The notes beneath the pieces were generated by a model, which did no database searches, had not been told where the DNA came from, and worked only from the letters and a program-made list of their open reading frames with translations. The position numbers and the translations under genes are program-made. This document shows positions 18,332 through 27,250 of a stretch of 64,000 nucleotides of DNA, piece after piece. Origin of the DNA: Myxococcales bacterium (lineage in GTDB: Bacteria > Myxococcota_A > Polyangia > JAAYKL01); assembly GCA_012522445.1 (NCBI GenBank), contig JAAYKL010000109.1, positions 9,175 through 73,174 of the forward strand, in the 5' to 3' direction. Each line of letters starts with the position of its first letter. The first letter of the stretch is position 1.

Positions 18332-19869
18332 CGAAATCGCTCGGGAATCTTTAATCCATCGTCTTTGGAGGGCGAGGCACTCGGTGACTGGGTGCCCTTT
18401 TTGGCGCGGGCGGGCTTGGATGGTTTCTTTGCCGCGGGCGCGGTGCCGGATTGCTTGGCCTGGGCGTTTTCCAAGTCGACGGTCACCAAAATGTCGCGGT
18501 TTTGCTCGGAGGGCGTCACGGTGGCCTCGGCGGAGACGCTGCCGATGCGCGCTGTCACCACCACCGGCTTGCCGCTGAGCATCTCCACTTCGCATGGCGC
18601 GCTGGAGCAAACCTGCCCCATACCGTCGATTTCAATGATGGCGCCTGCGGGCATGGAGCCTATCGTCACCGTCACTTTTTCGCGGTGTGCGTCGCGAATG
18701 GCGTCCATGGCCTGCAGCTCGGCCATCACTTCTGCCACGGTGGCCGACACCGGGCGCGACCCCTGGCCGTCATTGTCGGTTTGGGAAGCGGTGCCGAAAA
18801 AGAAATACACCACAGCGACCAACAGCAGCAAGGCGCCCGCCGCGGCAATAAGCATGTGTTTTTTTCTTGTGGCGCGCGCAGATGTCGCCGTGGGCACCGG
18901 TGTGGAGAGCGTGCGAAATTGGTGGATGCTGCGCAGGGACAGCGTGGAATCGCGATCGGGATGTGCGGTGATGTAGTTTTCGTCGGTGAGGGCCTTGGCC
19001 AGGTCAATTCGCAACGCCTTCATGTCGTCGTAGCGCTGGTCTGGGTCCTTGGCCATGGCCTTGTACACAACGGAAATCACAGAATCGGGGATGTTTTTGT
19101 CGGCGTCGAATTCGCGAATCGACGGGATGGGCTCAAACATGTGCTGAGTTAAAATCGCCATAAACGAATCGCCCTGGTACGGCACTTGGCCCGTGAACAG
19201 CTCAAACATAATGCAGCCCAAGGCGTAAACATCGACGCGGTGGTCCAAGGAACGGCCCGCCGCCTGCTCCGGGGACATGTATTCGGGTGTGCCGAAAATC
19301 ATGCCGGTTTGGGTCAATCGTTTGCCTTCGGTGCCAGCTTGGGTCACCTTGGCGATGCCGAAATCCAACACTTTGACAAAGTCGGGATAATCTTCTCGTT
19401 GCAGCAGAATGATATTTTCGGGTTTTAAATCGCGGTGCACCACCCCTTTGTCGTGGGCGGCCTGCAGTGCCTTGGCAATTTGATCGATAATGGACACCGC
19501 GCGGCCAAATGGCACGGGACCCGACTCGCAAAGCGCGGCCAAATCTTGGCCATCGAGCAACTCCATGGCAAAAAACAAACCGCCGTCGTCGAGCTGCCCA
19601 AAATCCGTCACATCGACAATGTGCGGGTTGCCAATGCGGCTCGCGGCGCGGGCTTCCTGGCGAAAACGCTCCACGATATCGGGTTTTTTGGAGAAATCGT
19701 CGCGCAACAGCTTTAGGGCAACGCGTTTTTCGATCTCGATGTGCTCCGCTGCATAAACGACGCCCATGCCGCCTTCACCGAGTTTTTCCAAAATGCGGTA
19801 GCGTTCGTGTACCACCGTTCCCAGCAGGGGATCTAGCGTCTCTATATCTGTATCTCCGCGCGAAACCAT
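18328..19869 (-). CDS. Hanks-type Ser/Thr protein kinase with TM segment and PEGA-like domain
   Basis: GEGGMGVVY, VALK, HRDLKPEN, DFG, GTPEYMSPEQ. TM helix, then SMPAGAIIEIDG. Confidence 0.93.
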   Translation of the reverse strand: MVSRGDTDIETLDPLLGTVVHERYRILEKLGEGGMGVVYAAEHIEIEKRVALKLLRDDFSKKPDIVERFRQEARAASRIGNPHIVDVTDFGQLDDGGLFFAMELLDGQDLAALCESGPVPFGRAVSIIDQIAKALQAAHDKGVVHRDLKPENIILLQREDYPDFVKVLDFGIAKVTQAGTEGKRLTQTGMIFGTPEYMSPEQAAGRSLDHRVDVYALGCIMFELFTGQVPYQGDSFMAILTQHMFEPIPSIREFDADKNIPDSVISVVYKAMAKDPDQRYDDMKALRIDLAKALTDENYITAHPDRDSTLSLRSIHQFRTLSTPVPTATSARATRKKHMLIAAAGALLLLVAVVYFFFGTASQTDNDGQGSRPVSATVAEVMAELQAMDAIRDAHREKVTVTIGSMPAGAIIEIDGMGQVCSSAPCEVEMLSGKPVVVTARIGSVSAEATVTPSEQNRDILVTVDLENAQAKQSGTAPAAKKPSKPARAKKGTQSPSASPSKDDGLKIPERFR

Positions 19870-19965
19870 GTCTCCATGATTCAATACAATTTGTGACCGC
19901 GCAATGCAAAATACCCACTGGATCACCGCCGAATGCGGGCATCACTTTTTTTTCGATTTTGAGAA

Positions 19966-19993
19966 TTGACAGAACCGCGCGGTTGGGGATACT
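19966..19993 (+). promoter_or_regulatory. Putative sigma70 promoter of tRNA-Phe
   Basis: TTGACA-N16-GATACT, 20 bp upstream of the tRNA. Confidence 0.45.
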
Positions 19994-20012
19994 TGCGTGT
20001 CTTCAGACAGGA

Positions 20013-20085
20013 GCCCAGGTAGCTCAGTCGGTAGAGCAGGGGACTGAAAATCCCCGTGTCGGCGGTTCAATTCCGTTCCTGGGCA
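20013..20085 (+). tRNA. tRNA-Phe(GAA)
   Basis: Cloverleaf GCCCAGG..CCTGGGC-A, anticodon loop CTGAAAA, T-loop GTTCAAT. CCA not encoded. Confidence 0.95.
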
Positions 20086-20119
20086 AAGCCCTCGAGCCAA
20101 TCGTTCGAGGGCTTTTTTT
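20085..20119. terminator. Intrinsic terminator between tRNA-Phe and uvrB (possibly bidirectional)
   Basis: AAAGCCCTCGA / TCGAGGGCTTT stem followed by a T run. Confidence 0.8.
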
Positions 20120-22151
20120 ATCGGCGCGGACGTCCAGCGCGCCTTCTCTGCGGGCGAACCGCTTTTCCCGAAATGCCATACTGCTGCGCAATGCGGTTGA
20201 TTTCATCGCGCAACGCCGCGGCCTTTTCGAATTCCAGCGCCGCAGAGGCCACGAGCATCTCTTCGCGCAGCGCTTCGATGAGCATGGACGGATCCTCGCT
20301 CATCTCTCTTTTGTCAGGGCGTCTGGAGACCGGCGCATAGTCGCCTGTCGCCGCACCCGGACCGTATTCACTGGCATTGCGCACAGCGTTTTGCGGTGTA
20401 ATTTTATGCTCGGCGTTGTAGGCGAGCTGTTGCGCTCTCCGCGCCACCGTGATGTCGATGGCTTCTTTCATGGAACGAGTTATCGTGTCGGCGTACATGA
20501 TCACCTGGCCCGCCACATTGCGCGCCGCGCGGCCAATCGTTTGAATCAACGAGCGGCTGGAGCGCAAAAACCCCTCTTTGTCGGCATCGAGGATGCCCAC
20601 CAGCGAAACCTCGGGCAAGTCGAGACCCTCCCGCAGCAGGTTGATGCCCACCAAAACATCAAAGGTGCCCGCCCGCAACTCGCGCAAAATTTCCACCCGC
20701 TCGGTGGTGTCGATGTCGCTGTGCAAGTAGCGCACCCGGACCCCGATGTCGGTGTAATACTCCGTCAGCTCTTCGGCCATGCGCTTGGTGAGGGTCGTGA
20801 TCAAAACCCGCTCGTTTCGCTCGGCCCGAATGCGAATTTCCTCTAATAAATCATCTACTTGGCCAGTTACTGGGCGCACGATGATCTCGGGATCGACCAA
20901 CCCCGTGGGCCGGATGACTTGCGAAACGACATGCGGACCAGCGCGCTGCAGCTCGTATTCAGCCGGTGTGGCCGACACGTACACCACCCGACGCATGCGC
21001 TCTTCGAATTCCGCAAAGCGGAGCGGTCGGTTGTCCAGGGCAGATGGCAGGCGAAACCCGTACTCAACCAGGGTTTCTTTGCGCGATCGGTCGCCGCGGT
21101 ACATGGCGCCCACTTGGCTAACCGTCTGGTGGCTTTCATCGATGAAGAGCAGGTAATCGTCGGGAAAATAATCGAGCAGCGTCGCGGCGGGCTCCCCCTG
21201 CCCCCTCCCTTCGAGATGGCGCGAATAGTTTTCGATGCCCGCACAGTGCCCCGTCTCTTCTATCATCTCCAAATCGTACAGCGTTCGCTCTGTAAGGCGC
21301 TGTTTTTCCAGCAGTTTTCCCTGGGCGTCGAGCTCCGTCAACCGCACCTGCAGTTCGTCGCGAATGCGGGAGAGCGCCGCTTTCATTTTGTCTTGCGGCA
21401 TCACGTAGTGCGTGCCCGGAAAAAAGACCGCCTGTTTCAACGCGCCGAGTGTGTGCCCCCGCAGCGCGTCAAATTCGCTGATGCGCTCGACGGTATCGCC
21501 CCAAAACTCAATGCGAATACCCTTTTCGCTTTCGTGTACCGGGAAGACTTCGACGGTGTCCCCGCGCACGCGAAAGGTGCCCCGGGCAAAATCGGTGTCG
21601 TTGCGGTCGTATTGGATTTCCACCAACCGGCGCAGCAAATGATCGCGGCCGAACGCCTCGTCCTGCCGAATGGGGATAAGCATGTCGCGGTAATCCTCGC
21701 GGGCCCCGATGCCGTAAATGCACGACACAGACGCCACAACGATGACATCGCGGCGCGTGAGCAACGCACGGGTGGCGGCATGGCGCATGCGGTCGATGGC
21801 CTCGTTGATAGAGGCGTCTTTTTCGATAAATGTGTTGGTCGCGGGGACATAGGCCTCGGGCTGGTAATAGTCGTAATAACTGATGAAATACTCGACGGCG
21901 TTGTCGGGAAATAGCGCCTTGAGCTCGGCGTGCAATTGTGCCGCCAGGGTTTTGTTGTGCGCCATGACCAGCGTGGGACAATTCATGCGCTCGATGACGC
22001 TGGCCATCGTAAAGGTCTTTCCCGAGCCGGTAATGCCGAGCAACACTTGGTGCGCCAACCCATCCTCAAGACCTTGCACCAACGCCTCAATGGCGGCTGG
22101 TTGATCGCCTCGGGGCGCAAATACGCTTTTCATTTGAAATTTGTCTGTCAT
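20118..22151 (-). CDS. uvrB: Excinuclease ABC subunit B
   Basis: [40 protein letters not shown]-terminal UVR ([11 protein letters not shown]). Confidence 0.98.
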   Translation of the reverse strand: MTDKFQMKSVFAPRGDQPAAIEALVQGLEDGLAHQVLLGITGSGKTFTMASVIERMNCPTLVMAHNKTLAAQLHAELKALFPDNAVEYFISYYDYYQPEAYVPATNTFIEKDASINEAIDRMRHAATRALLTRRDVIVVASVSCIYGIGAREDYRDMLIPIRQDEAFGRDHLLRRLVEIQYDRNDTDFARGTFRVRGDTVEVFPVHESEKGIRIEFWGDTVERISEFDALRGHTLGALKQAVFFPGTHYVMPQDKMKAALSRIRDELQVRLTELDAQGKLLEKQRLTERTLYDLEMIEETGHCAGIENYSRHLEGRGQGEPAATLLDYFPDDYLLFIDESHQTVSQVGAMYRGDRSRKETLVEYGFRLPSALDNRPLRFAEFEERMRRVVYVSATPAEYELQRAGPHVVSQVIRPTGLVDPEIIVRPVTGQVDDLLEEIRIRAERNERVLITTLTKRMAEELTEYYTDIGVRVRYLHSDIDTTERVEILRELRAGTFDVLVGINLLREGLDLPEVSLVGILDADKEGFLRSSRSLIQTIGRAARNVAGQVIMYADTITRSMKEAIDITVARRAQQLAYNAEHKITPQNAVRNASEYGPGAATGDYAPVSRRPDKREMSEDPSMLIEALREEMLVASAALEFEKAAALRDEINRIAQQYGISGKAVRPQRRRAGRPRR

Positions 22152-22176
22152 AAAATTCTTTCATATCCCAAAGGCC

Positions 22177-22402
22177 CGTGGACAATCTGTGGAAAAGTGT
22201 GGATTTTCTGCTGAAAAAAATGAACCTTTTGTGGACAAAATCCAGCGCCCCAAAATAAACCCAAAAAAAACATTTTTTCCCACGGGACAAACACAGCCCA
22301 AAACGCGGACAACCAACTGAAATCAAAACGTTTTTTTGTTTTTGTCCACATATTCACAGCCCCTTTCATTACTTGTTTTATTTAATAAATATTATATATA
22401 AA
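22177..22402. other. oriC: Probable chromosomal origin (oriC): DnaA boxes, IHF-like site, unwinding element
   Basis: DnaA-box-like 9-mers at 22177, 22188, 22198, 22230, 22342 (TTGTCCACA) plus TATTCACA 22351, then GCCCC and a ~40-bp almost pure AT tract. AATCAAAACGTTT at 22321. Directly upstream of dnaN. Confidence 0.75.
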
Positions 22403-22459
22403 GCAGCCAATGACATAAAAAAAGAGGTGCCGTTTCGCGCATCCCAAAGGACAAACGCC

Positions 22460-23602
22460 ATGGAAGCCATACTCTCAAAACATTGCTTTGTATCCGCGCT
22501 TTCTCGCCTCAGCGGCATCGCTGATCGCAAGAGCTCGATGCCCATTCTTTCCAACGTATACATTTCCACCGAAGGTTCGAGCAGCATCGTTTTTGCGGCC
22601 ACCGACCTCAACATTTCTGCCAGAGGTGTGTTTCCGGCACAAATTGTTCGTCCTGGCACCATCACATTGCCGGCCAAAACACTTCACGACATCGTTAAAA
22701 GTCTGCCCGAAGGCGACATCCTGCTGCGTGCTGAAGGCGACAGTGTCGAGGTGAGCAGCGGCCGTTCTAATTTTACGCTCCTCGGTTTGCCCGCCGAAGA
22801 TTTCCCCACGTTTCCCGACACCGTCGAAGTTGACTATCTAGAGTTCAACACCCAATTGTTGGGCCAATTGATCGACCGCACCTCTTTTTCGATTTCCAGC
22901 GACGAGTCGCGGCCGCATTTAAACGGCGCGCTTTTTCAAGGGGATGCCAAAATTTTGCGCATGGTAACCACCGATGGACATCGCTTGTCCAAGGCCGAGT
23001 TCAAAGCTGAAGAGACGGGGTTTTACAATTTCTCGCACGTCGTGTCCCACAAGGGCATTTTGGAGCTGCGGCGCTTGCTCGACGACAGCTTGTCCGTGAT
23101 CTCCATGGGCTTTCACGCGGGCACCCTGTTTGTGAAACGCACCCTCGAGGTCGAAAAACCCGTCGAAGGCGAACCCACGCCCACCGCCGAATTTGTGTTG
23201 GCCTCCAAGCTCGTCGAGGCCGAATTTCCCTCATATGACCAAGTCATTCCCAAGGGCATGGAGCGCGAAGTCATCGCCCCGCGGGTCGCCCTTCTCGAGT
23301 CGCTGCGGCGTATTTCCATTGTCTCCCCGGATCGCAACATGGCGGTAAAATTTGCCATCTCCGAAGGCAGCATTGAAATATCCTCCAACAATCCCGCTGT
23401 GGGCACCGCCGTTGAAGTCATTGATGTCACTTACGATGGCGACGAAGTCGAAATCGGTTTTAACGTGCGCTATTTCGCCGACGCCCTGAGCGTTCTCTCC
23501 GACGACGAAGTGAAACTCGAGCTCTCCGGTGCGCTAGACCCGGCCGTAATTAACGATCTCGAAAAGACATTTGTCGGTGTGATCATGCCCATGCGAATTT
23601 GA
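22460..23602 (+). CDS. dnaN: DNA polymerase III beta sliding clamp
   Basis: PILSNV, ATDL, TTDGHRL, IGFNVRYF, C-terminal IMPMRI. AAGGA RBS. Confidence 0.97.
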   Translation: MEAILSKHCFVSALSRLSGIADRKSSMPILSNVYISTEGSSSIVFAATDLNISARGVFPAQIVRPGTITLPAKTLHDIVKSLPEGDILLRAEGDSVEVSSGRSNFTLLGLPAEDFPTFPDTVEVDYLEFNTQLLGQLIDRTSFSISSDESRPHLNGALFQGDAKILRMVTTDGHRLSKAEFKAEETGFYNFSHVVSHKGILELRRLLDDSLSVISMGFHAGTLFVKRTLEVEKPVEGEPTPTAEFVLASKLVEAEFPSYDQVIPKGMEREVIAPRVALLESLRRISIVSPDRNMAVKFAISEGSIEISSNNPAVGTAVEVIDVTYDGDEVEIGFNVRYFADALSVLSDDEVKLELSGALDPAVINDLEKTFVGVIMPMRI

Positions 23603-24699
23603 TGCCCCAAAACACCCTCTCCAAAGTCCAAATCGATTCGCTTTCCCTCGTTCAGTTTCGCAACATCGCCCGTGCCGAGTTCGCGCCATCTCCTCGGTTC
23701 AATGTCATCTCTGGGCGCAATGGCATGGGAAAAACGAATTTGATCGAATCGATTTATTTGCTGGGCGCGCTGCGTTCTTTTCGCACATCGGTGCGCCGCG
23801 AAATCATTTCGCAAGGAGAGCGAGACGCCAAAATCAGCGCTCGTTTTGGCCAATCGCTGCACGGGCTGTCGGTGGAGATTCAATTGGGCGCCCAGGGCCG
23901 ACAAATATCCATGGATGGCAAGGCGGTGGTGCCGGATGGCGATTATTTTCGAACGCTTCCCATGGTGCTCTTTCATCCCGGCAACATGGAGCTGGTGCAA
24001 GGGGCTCCCGAGACGCGGCGGCGCTTTCTCGATCGCGCGCTGTTTCAAGCGGACGCGGCGTATCCGCAATTGTACCGCCAGTATGCGCGTGCCCTAGCCA
24101 ATCGCAACACGGTGATTCGCCGGCAACCGCTGGACATGCGCGCCCTGGTGCCGTTTGACAGCGCCTTGGCCAAACTAGGCAGTCAAATCGTTGCGTCGCG
24201 CGCTGCCTTTACCGCGCAGCTCAGTCAGTTTTTTGAAGAGGGCGTGCTGGAGGTGAGCGGCGGCAATCGCGGGGCCATTCGCTATCGCCCACGGGTGAGC
24301 GGCGACGAGGCGGCTTTTTTGCAAGTCCTCGATGCCAAGCGGCAACTGGACGTCGATCGGGGCTACACCACGTGCGGGCCCCACGCGGACGATCTCGACT
24401 TTGAAGTGGATGGGCGATCGGCCAAAAAATACGCGTCACAGGGGCAGCAGCGAACGGTGGTGCTGGCCGCGAAAATTGCCGAGACGCGCGTCCTGTCGCA
24501 GCGGTGTCACCGCATGCCGTTGCTGTTGCTCGACGATGTTTCTTCCGAGCTCGATCGCGATCGAAATCGCCATTTGTTTTTGTTTTTATCGGGCGTGGGC
24601 GGCCAAGTGTTTATTACGACGACCCATCCCGATCACATATCGACCAGCGGAGAGCGAGCGGATTTTTGCGTGACAAACGGAGCGCTTTCTTCGTTGTAA
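23602..24699 (+). CDS. recF: DNA replication and repair protein RecF
   Basis: FRN, GRNGMGKTN, RRRFLD, GPHADD, SQGQQR, LLLDDVSSELD. Confidence 0.96.
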   Translation: MPQNTLSKVQIDSLSLVQFRNIARAEFAPSPRFNVISGRNGMGKTNLIESIYLLGALRSFRTSVRREIISQGERDAKISARFGQSLHGLSVEIQLGAQGRQISMDGKAVVPDGDYFRTLPMVLFHPGNMELVQGAPETRRRFLDRALFQADAAYPQLYRQYARALANRNTVIRRQPLDMRALVPFDSALAKLGSQIVASRAAFTAQLSQFFEEGVLEVSGGNRGAIRYRPRVSGDEAAFLQVLDAKRQLDVDRGYTTCGPHADDLDFEVDGRSAKKYASQGQQRTVVLAAKIAETRVLSQRCHRMPLLLLDDVSSELDRDRNRHLFLFLSGVGGQVFITTTHPDHISTSGERADFCVTNGALSSL

Positions 24700-24730
24700 T
24701 GATGGAAAGCGTTACCAGTAAGGAGCGAGG

Positions 24731-25783
24731 TTGGTGAACAAAGTATCGTTTGCCCATTGGGCGCTGTGCGGGGTGGCGTTGTTGTGGTGCGGGTGCGCCA
24801 AAAAAGACGCGCCGCGCGAGGCGGTTTCTGCGGACGGCAGTACGGAGCAAGTTGAGCGCGTGCAGCCCGCTGCTGCGCCGTCTTTAGCGATGGCCAACCC
24901 AACCGATGTGGAAACCGATGTGGACACTGGGGCGCCCGGCGGGGTGTCCGATGCGGCGCGCGCCGATACCGCAGAGGTTGCCGGCGACGCTGACGACGCA
25001 TCGGTACTGCACATGCTGCAACACGAACCCATCGTCAAAGCTGCGATTTTGTCGCGGCGCTCTTTGGCGCTCAAGCTGTCCTTTAAAAACGGCACCCATG
25101 CGGCGTTCAAGCCCATTCGGCTCGACAACGAGACAGCGCGATACGAGGCAGCGTTTTACCGCTATGCCAAATTGTTGGGCATTCCCGGCGTGCCCCCATC
25201 GACCATGCGTCGCCTTTCATTTGCCCAGCTAGAGCGCTTCGTCGCGCGCCAAAATCCCGAATTGGCCGAACGCCTGAAAAATGAATTGGCGGTGGACCGC
25301 GCCGGTCGGGTGGCGGGGGCGGTCATTCAGTGGGTGAACGACATGCAGCCTTCGGGCTTGGACGAGAAAGACAGCATTTTGCCAGAACTGCTGTCGCAGC
25401 CCAGCGCGCATCCCCTGTCTCGCGCCGCCGTAGAGATGGTCGTGATCGATTATACCGGCAGCAACTGGGATCGCTACACCGGCGGCAATTTGTTTGTGCT
25501 AGACGAGGGGACAAAACTCGTGCTCCTCGACAACGACAACGCCTTTTCCCGGCTCTCCGAACGGCAGTTTGAGCGGCTCGAAGACAGCGTCGCCGCCCTG
25601 CAATGGATACCCAGCGACTTGTTGGCCAAAATAACGGCGTTGGATGCGGCGCAAATTGCCGAGGCAGTGGCGTGCGAAGATTGCGATATGACACTGCTGT
25701 ATTCGGGCGAAATTGAACGCATCCTGGCGCGCCGGGATTTGTTTTTGGCGCAAAAAAAGTCGCTCCAGCGGCAAGCGCCATAG
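24731..25783 (+). CDS. Lipoprotein with FAM20/Four-jointed-like atypical kinase domain
   Basis: LWCGC lipobox. LKLSFKNGTHAAFKP, EAAFYRYAKLLG..VPP, DYTGSNWDR, LVLLDND. Confidence 0.7.
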   Translation: MVNKVSFAHWALCGVALLWCGCAKKDAPREAVSADGSTEQVERVQPAAAPSLAMANPTDVETDVDTGAPGGVSDAARADTAEVAGDADDASVLHMLQHEPIVKAAILSRRSLALKLSFKNGTHAAFKPIRLDNETARYEAAFYRYAKLLGIPGVPPSTMRRLSFAQLERFVARQNPELAERLKNELAVDRAGRVAGAVIQWVNDMQPSGLDEKDSILPELLSQPSAHPLSRAAVEMVVIDYTGSNWDRYTGGNLFVLDEGTKLVLLDNDNAFSRLSERQFERLEDSVAALQWIPSDLLAKITALDAAQIAEAVACEDCDMTLLYSGEIERILARRDLFLAQKKSLQRQAP

Positions 25784-25852
25784 CAAGGGAATGTTTCACC
25801 ACCAGGGCACAGGATGGCGCATCGCCATGCCCGCCACCGAGGAGCCACACGC

Positions 25853-26587
25853 ATGAAGGACGGCAGCGCATTACAGCAGTGGAAGAGCGATCAATACGCC
25901 TTAAACAAACTGTACGTTCACGATTTTAAAAATCCGCTCTCTGTTGTGATGGCCAATCTCTCTTATTTTGAAGCGATTTTGGATCCAGCCGATGAAGACG
26001 CGCGTGCCGCCCTCGACGATTCCATGATGGCGCTGCAGCAGCTCTTGCACATGTATGAAAACTTTTTGTGCATTTCGCAGATGGAGGCCGGTGACATGCC
26101 GCCCCGCTCCGCGGTTTCGGTGGCGCAACTGGTCCAGGCTGCTTTAGAGCGGCTTCAGCGCGTCAATGCCTGGCCGGATGCGGAGATTTTGCTGTGCGGC
26201 GATGTTCCCGACGCCACCTGCGAGTGGCCCATCGATTGCGTTCGCGTCGCGCTCGACAACATGTTGTTCACCGCACTGCAGCACGCCCGCAGCCCCAAGA
26301 AAGTGCATTTTTCCGTCGCCATAGATGACGCGGCGCACCACGTGGTCTTTGCGTGCGAAGACAATGGCATTCCGATTGCCGCGGCGCATTGCGATGTGTC
26401 GTTCGAACGCACTTTTCAGCCCCAGGCGAAACATTTGGCACACGCGCGTTACGGCCGCGCCATGGCCATGTACGCCATCGGTTTGGCGGCGCAGGCATGC
26501 GGTGGAACGGCGCGTGCAGAAACGAGCGCCCGTCAGTGGTCGCGCATCGCCTTGGTGCTGCCCCTGTCCTTGCCGTCATCGCCGTAA
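25853..26587 (+). CDS. Sensor-less histidine kinase-like protein (DHp plus degenerate HATPase)
   Basis: H-box VHDFKNPL. N-box LDNMLFTALQH, DNGIPI, G2 region GRAMAMY. GAGGAG RBS. Confidence 0.75.
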   Translation: MKDGSALQQWKSDQYALNKLYVHDFKNPLSVVMANLSYFEAILDPADEDARAALDDSMMALQQLLHMYENFLCISQMEAGDMPPRSAVSVAQLVQAALERLQRVNAWPDAEILLCGDVPDATCEWPIDCVRVALDNMLFTALQHARSPKKVHFSVAIDDAAHHVVFACEDNGIPIAAAHCDVSFERTFQPQAKHLAHARYGRAMAMYAIGLAAQACGGTARAETSARQWSRIALVLPLSLPSSP

Positions 26588-26589
26588 CC

Positions 26590-27165
26590 ATGTGCGCTTG
26601 TCCCCACGTCCGTCGGGCCCGTAGATTTGGGTGCGCGTGGCTCGCGTTGGCGATATGGCTTTGCAGTGCGGCGGCCTGGGCCTGGAGCGAGGAGCGCCCC
26701 CCGCTGCGCCGAGAAGGCCTGGTCATGGGATTGGATCCCGGGCTGGTCCTGCGGCATGTCGACGACGAGTGGAAATTGTTTGCGCGATTGAATCTGCGCT
26801 TTGCGGGCTGTATCGGTCCGCGCGTGCAGATGGGGGTGGATTGGCGCATGGAAATTTTCACCGCTGGCCAGGGCAGCAATGTGCCCAACCGCCACGAAAT
26901 CGGTCCGGTGCTGACCGTGTTTGCGCACAAGGGGTGGTTTTTTCGGTTTTACAGCCATGTTGGCGCGCTGCATCCCTTTCGCGTCACGGTGGGCGCGGGC
27001 ACCGGATACGAGTGGTCGTTGGGTCGGTTCACCGGTATGGGCGTGGCGGTGGGCGGCGATGTCGACATCTTGTTTACGGGTGCGCCCCCTCCGGCCCAGG
27101 CTGTTTTTGTGGTTTGGCACCTCTCGGCATATGATTTGAAGACGCGGCGCGGTCGCGAGGACTGA
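26590..27165 (+). CDS. Small secreted, probable outer-membrane beta-barrel protein
   Basis: Signal peptide ending AWA, then alternating amphipathic strands (VGAGTGYEW, GVAVGGD). Confidence 0.55.
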   Translation: MCACPHVRRARRFGCAWLALAIWLCSAAAWAWSEERPPLRREGLVMGLDPGLVLRHVDDEWKLFARLNLRFAGCIGPRVQMGVDWRMEIFTAGQGSNVPNRHEIGPVLTVFAHKGWFFRFYSHVGALHPFRVTVGAGTGYEWSLGRFTGMGVAVGGDVDILFTGAPPPAQAVFVVWHLSAYDLKTRRGRED

Positions 27166-27250
27166 TCTCGAATCGTTGTGTTTTGAAAACAATTCCAGTA
27201 AAGTCTAGGGATATTTATTTTTCATAACGACACGAGAGAAAGGCCGTCCG

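Noticed and set aside
19509-20846. 445-aa ORF spanning tRNA-Phe
   Set aside because: Overlaps a tRNA and two real genes on the opposite strand, so it is spurious.
22373-22459. N-terminal extension of the dnaN ORF, and similar extensions of clpB, murB, cdsA and mrfB
   Set aside because: Longest-ORF artefacts. Downstream starts have an RBS or stop/start overlap and match family N-termini.
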